64,000 bases of DNA from Bigelowiella natans CCMP2755 (lineage: Eukaryota; Protista; Cercozoa), in NCBI GenBank assembly GCA_000320545.1, contig ADNK01001076.1, forward strand, positions 1 to 64,000. Reading direction: 5' to 3'. Positions within the stretch are counted from its first letter, which is position 1. The number at the start of each line of letters is the position of its first letter. This document shows positions 1-9,635 of the stretch, in pieces. Under the pieces are notes generated by a model that saw nothing but the letters and a program-made list of their open reading frames with translations, did no database searches and was not told the DNA's origin. Made by a program: the position numbers and the translations under genes.

Positions 1-1
1 C

Positions 2-397
2 TGTTCGCCGTTTACGATCGGGATAGCCTTGATATGCCTGTGGGAGCGAGCAATGCCTTGTTTAGGACCCCGACCTAAGTTCGATGTGGAATATGGAAAC
101 AATAAGGTCAGGGTGAACGACGATTGGCGCATGAAGATTGTCTATCTAGGCTACCCTGGATTACGAAATATGGAGAGGGTAGCTATGAAAATAAAGGACG
201 GAAAATATCAGCTACTCTACCTAGCTGTTCCCGACTTACCCTTTGAGCACTGGTATAAGGTCCTGGGGGACCTTGATGCAGAGGGCTGGTATGGACACGA
301 ACCTAAGGACGAAGGTGAGTTCTGGGTAAGCGACAAAGGAGATAAGGTTAGAGAGGAATCTATTACCTGGTGGTTGGTGAAGTTCCGAAAGCGATGA
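2..397 (+). mobile_element. 3' end of an LTR-retrotransposon internal ORF (open from the window edge), possibly a degenerate chromodomain-like C-terminus
   Basis: Intronless frame open from base 2 to TGA at 397, followed by a purine-rich stretch, a polypurine tract and a TG-starting LTR. ERVAMKIKDGKYQLLYL is only weakly chromodomain-like. Confidence 0.5.
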
Positions 398-440
398 AGG
401 TCTAAGGGAATAAGGAAGGAAGGAAGGAGCAACGTGACTT

Positions 441-950
441 GGGGGAGGTGTAGCGCGTACCACTACGCGGGCACAAGTCACGTGCGACAACAAAGGGGTT
501 GTCGCGGATATAGAATATAGATAACGTAGATATTAATACAGCATAGGCACGTGGGTTCCGGCGGGACTCATGGCAGCACACCGGAAGTGTGCTGCCCCAC
601 GTGCGGCGGCATTCGCGAAAGCTTCGCGAATGATTACGCAGTGCACGATTTAATAAAAATATAATCTTTAATAAAAATAAACACAACTCTTCAAAAGGAA
701 GCAAACGTGCCTTTCCCCCCCCCTGCCTACTTGTGCACGTAGCGCCTCGGCCTGTGAACACCTTACGCGCAACAAACAGAGTAGGAGGGAGGAGCCAACT
801 AGAGGCCAATTCAGATCCCCTCTGAGACTGTTCACCACTGAATACGCGAGTACTCCTTCTTGTTTAGTGGAGCGGCAAAAATCGCGGGAAAAAACTATAC
901 CCCCCCCCCTTCTCCTCAATTGATCAACCCCTACCTATAACTCGGGGACA
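441..950 (+). mobile_element. Polypurine tract (441-448) plus putative 3' LTR (449-950)
   Basis: GGGGGAGG is followed directly by TGTAG at 449. AATAAA signals near 652 and 671. Candidate terminus ...GGACA at 950 gives TGT...ACA; an alternative end is TGTTACA at 1033. The 5' LTR lies outside the window. Confidence 0.6.
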
Positions 951-952
951 GT

Positions 953-3705
953 ATGTTGCAGCGAGCAAAGCAGCCACGATCAAGGTCAGGGAGCATAAAG
1001 TTGGGCAAGAGCTCAGGCCCTAGAATTGTTACAAACATTCGGACAGCCACTAAACAGCAAATCATTACAAGGTAGAAATTGCTCCACTTTGCACTGGAAC
1101 TTGATTAATCGCATTATCATTTTCAGGCACAACTTCTATATGTATGAGTTTCGGACTAAATACTGCCAGGAATTTCCCCATTTCATGTGCAAACAGGTGC
1201 GATCCATCTACCCTTTTTTCCATATTCTCAAAACTAATTTCGCATTTTGTAGGCGAAACCGTACTCTTGCGTCAAGGCGCATTATGAAAATAATATTCGT
1301 CGACGACCGAGACTGGTGAATGGCAAGTTCAATTTTACGGATAAGCTGTGCACGTTTGCCTCAATCACTGACTGCCCGAATAGCATGAACTGTGCCTTCT
1401 CTCACAGGGTATTCTCAAGGATCTCATGATTCAGAAGATGAGTTACTTATCTGATATATATTTTTTAAAAGGTTCAAAAAGAGCACATCTATCATCCTTC
1501 TCTGTACAAAACGCAGCTCTGTGAATCTCCCTTGACTGAGGTAAACAGGACTTGCCGTACTTTCAATCCGTTCCCATTTTGAAGAATATTGGCGATTCAA
1601 TTATGTCTCTTCTCGCACAGGATGGTATTTGCGCTGAATTTGGGATCCACTGCGCAAAGGCCCATGGCATAAAAGATCTCAGACAGCCTCAATATGAGCC
1701 GGACGACCCTCGTGCTCTTGTCCATCGCTCGGGGAGCACCAGTCCCAACTGTTCATCGGATAGTAGTGCAGACTCTAAATCTGGGGAACATAGCTTCCAG
1801 ATCTCTCGTACTTTCGACGAGAATACCAAAGAGCTTAAGATTCATGCCGACTACATGTATAAATTCAGAGTTACTCGGTGCCTTGCGCATACGACGGGCC
1901 AGTGTCAGTTCGATGGTAACACGTGTTTTCACTCGCATGGGGGAGAGAATTCGTCGCGCAGGATCCCAGAGCTAATCAGTGGCAAATTCAATTACTTACC
2001 AATCCGTTGTCAATATATGCTTAAGGGGAAAACATGTCATCATGCACAAAATTGTCGTTTTGCGCATTCGAAAGAGGAAGTTATTTACCACCCTTCCAAG
2101 TACAAAACCCAACTCTGTCCCCACAGATTGAAGAAGGTTCAGGTCATCCGGCAGCCTGGTGGCGTTCCAAACCAAGCAAATGAAAGCAACTCTATGGACG
2201 GAGGAAGTCCATCAGCAGACGGCAAAACAACAGAGATGTGGGTTTGCGCAGGCTATGGGATTCACTGTGCCAAAGCTCATGGAAAGGATGACCTGCGCTT
2301 GCCTGTTTTTGAGAATTGTAGCAAGGAAATGCCGGTGAAGCCCATGCCGCCTCCCTCCCATCAGCACTACAGATCAGTAGCACATCCTTCTGAGAACAAC
2401 AGCAACAACGCTATTTTCAGGCCAACAGGAATGTCTCATCGAAGAAATAGCCACAACGGTGGTGGTAGCGATATGATCCCATCATCAAACAACACAATAT
2501 ACCGATCAATGAACATGAGGACAATGAGCGACAAAATCTCAACTAAGCACCGTCACCATTCAGATGAGGTGCATCACCCTCATCCGCATCGTGCTCATCG
2601 CCATCCCTCCTCTGCTTCCAATTTTGCATGGAGCTCCTCTGCTACGTTGTCCCATTCATCAAATTCGGTTATTGGTGGAGACAGGCGCCATCATCATCAT
2701 CATCATCATCATCGCCATCATCATTACCAGCAGCAGCATCGTCATCATCATCAGCAGCAGCAGCACCACCATCAAAGGATTAATAGCTCGCCATTTCGTC
2801 AAACTAGCTGGAGCATGCACACCAAGCCACACTCTGCCCCTAATTCCCACGGGAGTGTTGGTCATCACAACTTGACCAGCAGACATCAAGAAACCAGATC
2901 TGTGTATCTATCCCGAGGAGGGGGGGAAGGAGGGAGTGGTGGTACACGTGAATCTCTCGGTAATCCAAGCAGTTATGGCACAAAGAGCCACAGTTATGGA
3001 CACCAACATCATCGTCATCCTCACCTCAACCGTCACCATGATTCCCCTTCTGGATCTCCGAGACTCCATTCCTTCGCAGGGGGGGGTAGCGGCAGTAGCG
3101 GTGGTGTTGGCATCAAGCCGCGCTCCGAATCTGCCGATGATCATCCTGGATCCTCCTCCTCGCCATTTTTATCGTTCCGAGGTTCTAAAAGCACTCTTCT
3201 TCATCATACAGGGGGCAAGAGCATTATGATTGATGACGCCGCTGATGACATGCGAGCCATTTCTTCGCATCTTTTCAACCTAGGAATTTCCCCCCCCTCT
3301 TCCAAGTCGTCGTCTAGGGATCACCAAGGTGGTGGTGGTGGTGGTGGGTTTTGTGTGGATAAATTCCAACAGCAGCAGCAGAAGAAGAAGAAGAAGGAAT
3401 ACAATAAACCGATTGGAGCTGACAGACAGCACCATGCCTCTGCTCCGAATTCGTCATCGTCCTCATCTGCTTCTTCCTCCTCACAGCCTAGTCACAATCA
3501 TCAGTATTTTACTACGCCTTCTTCTTCTTCTTCTTCGTCTTCGTCTTCTTCCACTACCACTACTACTACTATTACTACTCCTGCTACTAGTACTACTTCG
3601 AGTGGTGCTACTACTACTACCGCTCCTGTCACTAATACTTCTGGTGGATCGGGAAAACTTGCAACTTATCTTCCCTCCTTCTTGGTTAGCTTTGTAAAGG
3701 AGTAA
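953..3705 (+). CDS. Unkempt-like tandem CCCH zinc-finger RNA-binding protein (6 fingers, His/Ser-rich tail)
   Basis: Spliced frame from ATG953: ...HNFYMYEFRTKYCQEFPHFMCKQ|AKPYSCVKAH..RRRP..CAFSH|..YHPSLYKTQLC..|CAEFGIHCAKAHG..DLRQP, followed by a second triplet (YMYKFRVTRC..CFHSH, CRFAH, YHPSKYKTQLC..HCAKAHG). Confidence 0.85.
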
Positions 3706-4254
3706 GAGGTAGATAGAGAGGGGGCAACAACGAGAGTAAGGATGATAATGATAAAGAGAGTAATACACAAGAATCAGAAGGAAAAGATCTTTAGAGGTCT
3801 ACTTACTGCAGAGGGGTTTAGTTTTACTTACAGCAGCAGCGTAAGTTTAATAACGATGCATTTTTTTGTCAGTTCTTGACTTGATTATTTTACAAATAAT
3901 GAGGATCTGAAGTCATTTTACGGGCGAAAACCAGATTTTTATTCGTTCATTTCGTGTTCTAAATACTAAATAGAAAAAATGAATATTTACAGATGTGAAT
4001 AATTATTTTACACTAAGTCTTTATGTCCATACGATGTGCGATCATCGTACATAGTTATTATAAAAAATGAAGATGATATTATTTTGCTGTCGACATACAT
4101 AATTTGACACCGCCGCCTCGAGCTAGTAAAGATTTTTTTTTTTTTTCATTTGCTGACGACTAAGATTTACTTTATACAAAGAGCGTTTAAAATCGCCATT
4201 TCCCTCCTTTTCCACTTTAACTTGCCGTAATAAACAAAAATATATATTCCTGGA

Positions 4255-4440
4255 ATGGCCGACAACTATATATCTACTTCAGCGTGACATCAATAGCAAT
4301 ATATCTCATTGACTTGGAATAATCACGAATAGTCTTTCTCTGTATAATGCTGGCAAAACACTACATAATTGAAAGAGTCGTTGGTGCACCAGTTACATCA
4401 TTATCCGGGAAAATAGTGGTGTTAGATAATAATCATACTT

Positions 4441-4478
<38 letters not shown>

Positions 4479-4738
4479 TCTACCATATTTCACGTATCAA
4501 GGAGACATTCGTCCATTTTTACTGATCGACACCTTGGAACAACTCGTAAGACTGCTGTCTGGTGGGTGCATGCGGTGTTGCTTTCTCCTGAGGAACTAAT
4601 AGTTAGCCGGCTATGATCTTATTTTACATCGCCCGTACTACTACTTGGTTTCAAAAATAGAGATTTCAAGCTGCTTGTATAGTATCATTAGTAGCTTAAT
4701 TTTGCATAATAGCAATACAAACTCACACACATATAGAA

Positions 4739-4787
<49 letters not shown>

Positions 4788-5233
4788 TGGACATGTATAT
4801 TTAGTATAAATATTATGATTACTATTATTTTAATTCAGCAAAGAAATTCTGTGCGATCGATCTTGCACTGATAGTTATTAATACACTAAAATCGTAATTT
4901 TTCATCGCTCAAATTACCCATGATAAACAAGGGAATCTTTGTAACTGGTTGACCATCCATCGCATGCCGTTGTTAATACCGATATTGTGCTGCATAGAAT
5001 CATCCGGTACGCACGTACACATATAGCTAAAATAACTTTCAATGTGACTGCGTGTGTACCGTAGACGAACAAAATTGCGAAACTCAAAATTTTATTACAC
5101 GTTAATGGTTATTTTTCTTTTCGTTGAAGAAAAGAGGCATTATTTGGAAGTACGGACAACCTGTCATGTGCAATCTGATGAAAGCATAGAATTTGGTTCC
5201 GACAAATCAACAAGAAACGAAGTACATAACTAA
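4255..5233 (+). CDS. Small multi-exon hypothetical protein
   Basis: Short open segments bounded by AG/GT (DIRPFLLIDTLEQL; KKFCAIDLALIVINTLK; NLCNWLTIHRMPLLIPILCCIESS; KRHYLEVRTTCHVQSDES..VHN*). No homology recognised. Confidence 0.3.
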
Positions 5234-5239
5234 ATGCGT

Positions 5240-6015
5240 AAAAGTCATGAAATGCAATGTGAGCTACGCATGATGTGCTCAGGTGACGTGAAATGCAGCA
5301 AGCATTGATGCTTTACATTTCTCGCAGAGAAGTCCAATGTCAGCATGCGCCATTGCTAGATTGTGCATTTCTAGACTTCCATCTATCTATCTACACATGA
5401 ACAAAATGTGAGACGGATGTAATGAAATGTTTAAATTTTTTTAATGGTGCTCATTGTTGAGACACCCATTTGATGAATGCACACGCATGTGGCACTCTAT
5501 AGCATTGTGCAACACATGGCTAGAGCTGTAACGCACGCGCAAGCATGTAGCAACGTGCAGCACCATCACGCGTAGCGTATAGTCATGTTAGTGTGTTACT
5601 TTGTTGATTTGCATGCGATGCGCTGTTGCGAACAACGTGGCTTGCACTTACACAGCAAATACAATTTTGATCAAGCCATATAGTGCATCGCATGACGTAC
5701 TCTAGCACTGCATGCTAGCATGGCTACTGGCTAGCTGAACGAACGAACAAGCTGTGACAAAGCTTAAGCAGGCCTAGCGAGCGCTGGTGCGCTGGTGCGT
5801 GCGCTCTAGCTACGCGTACGACGTAGTTGCGACGACACTATACACTAGCACATGTGTGCGCATACGACCAATATACTGATCTAGTCATGAGTGCCATCAC
5901 TGTAACAACTGGACAAATACGAGCGTGCGCTGCGCTACGTGTTTTAGTTGTCATGTTAGTGGGCCACAACTGCGTAATGTGCGTGCACAGAATGCGCTGT
6001 GATCGATATTATTCG
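5240..6015. other. Convergent intergenic tract rich in CTAG/TGCA/CATG/AGCT
   Basis: Composition shifts between two facing stop codons; contains one copy of the bipartite motif. Confidence 0.7.
5407..5455 (+). repeat. Dispersed bipartite motif, copy 1
   Basis: TGTGAGACGGATGTAATGAAA...TTTTTTAATGGTGC. Confidence 0.75.
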
Positions 6016-6018
6016 TGA

Positions 6019-6896
6019 TCATTGAAATTTGAAGCCCTTCTCAACAACGTCATGAATTCCCTTTTTTCTATCTTCTCTATCCTTGTCAAAGGACGCCTTG
6101 AGTGCCTTCTCCAGCTTTGTTGCTTTTGGCTTCTTCGGATCAAGCTTCGGATTGTATGTATTCCTGTGAGCCCATCCCCTTAATTTACTGTGATCCCCCT
6201 TGAGGCCCTTCCTATTACCCGTCGACAACGGGGGAAGAATGTCTAGGAATCCTCCCTTAAATCTTTGGCTCTGTGCTTCCTCTTTCGAACGTGCTATTAA
6301 TTCTTCAGTCCGTGTTAGTCTCTTTCTTTTTCGTGCCTGAGAATGTACATCGCCATATCAAACTTTCTAGTTTCACCTCGGATTTCTTAAAATACCTCTG
6401 TATTATCATCATTCCTTGAACGTTTCCTTTTTAATTTCTTCTCCAACTTTTTTGCCTTTTTCTTTCTCTTCTTTTTTTTTCCCCTCTTCTTCTTCTTCTT
6501 CTTCTAAATGCCCGAAGCATCAGTAAAATAATAGGGTTACTGGCTGAAGTTGTACTCTTTTACAATCAAAAAGATACTGAAAGGTTCTAGCTCTGATCAA
6601 TACCATTCGGTGTGTTCGAATGAAACGTTTGCATCTATCGAGGTTAAATTAACTATTCTAACTCTTGGTGTGAAATACGTAGCGGTATCACCCGCATCCT
6701 CCACACCTAAATGCACTAATCTAGTATCTAACAGCAATTTAGCTTATGGCATAAACCTGTTTATGAAATTTCGAGGAAAATTTACCTTACTTTTCTTTTT
6801 CTTCTTTGAAGTCTTCTCCTCTTCTGAATCTTCGCTACTGCTGTCATCATGGGGATCGAATTCATCACTGTTGGATTCGTGCGAGCTGCTTGACAT
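6019..6896 (-). CDS. Lys-rich hypothetical (possibly nucleolar) protein, 3 exons
   Basis: MSSSSHESNSDEFDPHDD..KKKKKSK|KKKKKKRGKKKKRKKKAKKLEKKLKRKRSRNDDNTE|ARKRKRLTRTEELIARSKEEAQSQRFKGGFLDILPPLSTG..GFKFQ*, all phase-0 GT-AG introns. Confidence 0.65.
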
Positions 6897-7661
6897 GTTC
6901 TGCAGATCTACACGCCCTTAGGAATAGGATTGCCCAACCGTCTCCTGAGCCTCAATCACTTGTCTCTGTGTCTGCTGGCCGCTCTGTTCACCCCCACCTT
7001 CCCATGCACGATGGATTGTGCTCGCTATTCTCATTCCGCTTTCCTTTCTTTTTCTCAAGGAATCCCCTGTATTTCGATGGCGATGGATGTTTTTTTGATG
7101 TCGCGCAATAGAAACCCAGGCGGTGAGGTTGTTCAGACCCTTCGGGTTGCCACGCCTGCACACCTCTTCTTCTTCATGTTCATCACTTTCTTCCTGGAGC
7201 CCGGGGCCTACAGCTGCCAAGCCCTTCCGCTGAGACACGGTCCGCGCACACAGGAGTTTCCTAGTGCCTCCCACGACTAGACGGGCATTCCTTGATGAGG
7301 AAATGAACGACATGGCATCCGCCGGCCGACAATTGCCGGCCGACAGCCATGCAAGGGTTTCTCACTCCCCGGAAATCCCGGCAGGGATGCGCGGACTTTC
7401 AAGGTGTGCCTCATTTCGGCGGCAGCCGGAAATTTTTTTAGGATTTGAACTGAAAACGAAGATTTCCTTGTGAAAAATCGAATTTCATGTGTGAACATCC
7501 ATGGATTTCTTTGGCCGAAATTGACGTGAAATCTCTGGTGACGCTCGCAACTTTTTTTCACACGAGCTCATTGGGGCCAACCCCAGCACACCACACCAAC
7601 CTTCCTTGCCCTCTTTCCCTCATGTCAAATTCAGAGAATTTTGTGTTGAAGAACGGGAGTC

Positions 7662-7960
7662 ATGAGGGTGCATCATGAACACAACGGGGTCGCAGTTGCA
7701 CACGACAGTGTGATTTCTCTGCCAAAGTGCGGTTGGGGTCATGTGACGAGGAGGCTGGACGGGAAGACATGTCCTTGGGGAGAACTTGAGGCAACGTTCT
7801 CGGTTGCCAAGGACGAATGGCGTCACATCAGGAGAAGCTGCAAGGAGGATGGTTTGAAGGATGTGTGCCAGTCATGCCTGTGTGCTGACCACACAAGATG
7901 CATGTGCAGATCCGGAACACACAACCCTCCAGAGCTGGCATCGTGGTGTTTGATTGCACG
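7662..7960 (+). pseudogene. Hypermutated coding fragment carried inside the hAT element
   Basis: About 100 open codons with no Tyr but many His/Cys at Tyr-like positions (MRVHHEHNGVAVAHDSVISLPKCGWGHVTRRLDGKTCPWGELEATF...). Confidence 0.45.
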
Positions 7961-7962
7961 TT

Positions 7963-8019
7963 CACACACAACACACACAACACACACACACACACACACA
8001 CACATGCACACACACACAT

Positions 8020-8053
<34 letters not shown>

Positions 8054-8064
8054 CGTGCACACAC

Positions 8065-8098
<34 letters not shown>

Positions 8099-8118
8099 CA
8101 CACACACACGCACACACC
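7963..8118. repeat. Imperfect (CA)n microsatellite inside the hAT element
   Basis: CACACA runs interrupted by CATG and CAAC. Confidence 0.9.
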
Positions 8119-8599
8119 ATGCACGTGTGCATCGTGGCTCACCTTTTCTTCGTTCATCACTCGCTGTCGAATTTGAACACGTCATTTTGAAACTGTGAAT
8201 CATTTCAGAAGAAATGTGCCAATTTTGACCAGTGAAAAATGAACTGGTGAGCCCGCTGCGCCTGCCACAAACTGCAAAAAATTGTGCCTGCGCGCGCATT
8301 TTTGCTCCGGAAATGTTCAATTTTGTGATTTGAGTTGTGAAAATTTGAGAGAAGAAAGATCTTTTTGCACCTGTCACTTTGGCATGGTTTTTGTGGAAGG
8401 AGGCGAAGTCAGGGGCGTTTCCGGAGCACTCAAAGTTTGTGCCCTGCCCATTTTCGATTTTCCAAAAAACATTTTTTTTTGCTTCCCTGAGGGTCCTAGG
8501 GCCCTCACATGGTCCACAGGGGTCATGTGTGAAAGTTTGGAGCAGAATCCGCGCATGCCTGCCGGGATTCCAGGGGAGTGAGAAACCCTTGCAGCCATG

Positions 8600-9300
8600 C
8601 CTAGATGCTAGCATGTTCACAAGCATGCCAGCAGTCACAGCTAGTAGGTGTGACAAAAACGTGAACAAGCAAGCAATCTTTGCTGATTGTGATCTGTTGA
8701 TCTGTTCAAGTGTTGTGCAACGTGCATGCATCTGAAATGCATCTCTGCTAGCTAGCTAGCTCTGCCTGGACTGCACATGCGGATCCAGCTGGACTAGCTA
8801 GCAGGGCTGGTAGCAATCGACAGCATCTCTAGATCTAGATGTCTAGACAAGACATGCTCATTTTCGCTAGTTCGACTAGCATCGTGCGCCACAGCTCCAG
8901 AGCTAGCTAGCTGGACAGTGCGGCATCGTTCATGGCAATGCGAGCCAACAACAAACAACACAACCAGACAATCTAGCAATCGGCATGGATGCATGCACTA
9001 CAGCACTGTTGTTTTGTCTAGTGTTGGTCTTCCAGCCTTGGTTCATGATTTGTTTTCCGCTTGACAAATGACAAAGAGCTCACTGTGCACTCAAACAGCG
9101 CTAGAGAGAGCGAAGTAACGCTTGAATCGCATGTTGATGTACGCGCGATGGCACCGCATAATTTCGAATTCAAGGCTTGTTCTGCTAGCAATCGCTTAAG
9201 AATCGCTCTGGTGTTGTACTTTGCCATTTCGATGTTCACATATCTCGATCGAGCTTGCTAAATGTGTTGCAAAACACCATTCGCTTGGTTCAAGATGTTC
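8600..9300. other. TA-depleted, CTAG-rich tract between the hAT element and the 3' end of the bZIP gene
   Basis: Hand count over 8600-9110: 18 TA in CTAG and 3 others (GTAG, GTAG, CTAC). Confidence 0.85.
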
Positions 9301-9635
9301 GCACAGGTGAAATAAATGTACATAGTGATAATACTTCTTCTATATGAGGACCACATGCGGCAGATTCTAAGTGGCAATCGCAACTATAATTGAAAGAAAA
9401 TAGCGCAGTTTACAATACTATCTCGGGGATATTGACTACTAGTGAAATGGGCATAAATTCCTGAATAATGGTGATACAAGCTAAACGACCCGCGTGAATC
9501 ATCAAGAGGATCCTATGTTGTTGAGTCTAAGGTTTGCAATGTACGCCGTATCATAGTTTTAGCGGCTTCGGGATTTTCTACTCCCCAGGAGAACAGGCTC
9601 TTTATCTGTCGTAGTATCAGAAACGGCAATGAATT

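Larger units (their letters stand above)
7352..8591. mobile_element. Non-autonomous hAT-superfamily DNA transposon (1240 bp)
   Basis: 44-bp TIRs CAAGGGTTTCTCACTCCCC... (7352-7395 and 8548-8591, 3 mismatches, first 19 bp perfect), flanked by identical 8-bp TSDs CAGCCATG (7344-7351 and 8592-8599). No transposase inside. Confidence 0.9.

Noticed and set aside
6918-7313. 131-aa ORF as the 5' part of the Lys-rich gene
   Set aside because: It ends at a stop before the ATG at 6896 and lies in TA-depleted DNA where ORFs are inflated.
7823-8731. 302-aa and other long ORFs across the hAT element, and overlapping ORFs at 51.4-52.5 kb
   Set aside because: They are open only because TA loss removes TAA/TAG stops and because of (CA)n repeats; no protein motifs.
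7352-9200. CpG methylation/deamination or classical RIP as the cause of the CA/TG excess
   Set aside because: CpG is still frequent and TA is lost rather than gained, whereas RIP would increase TA.
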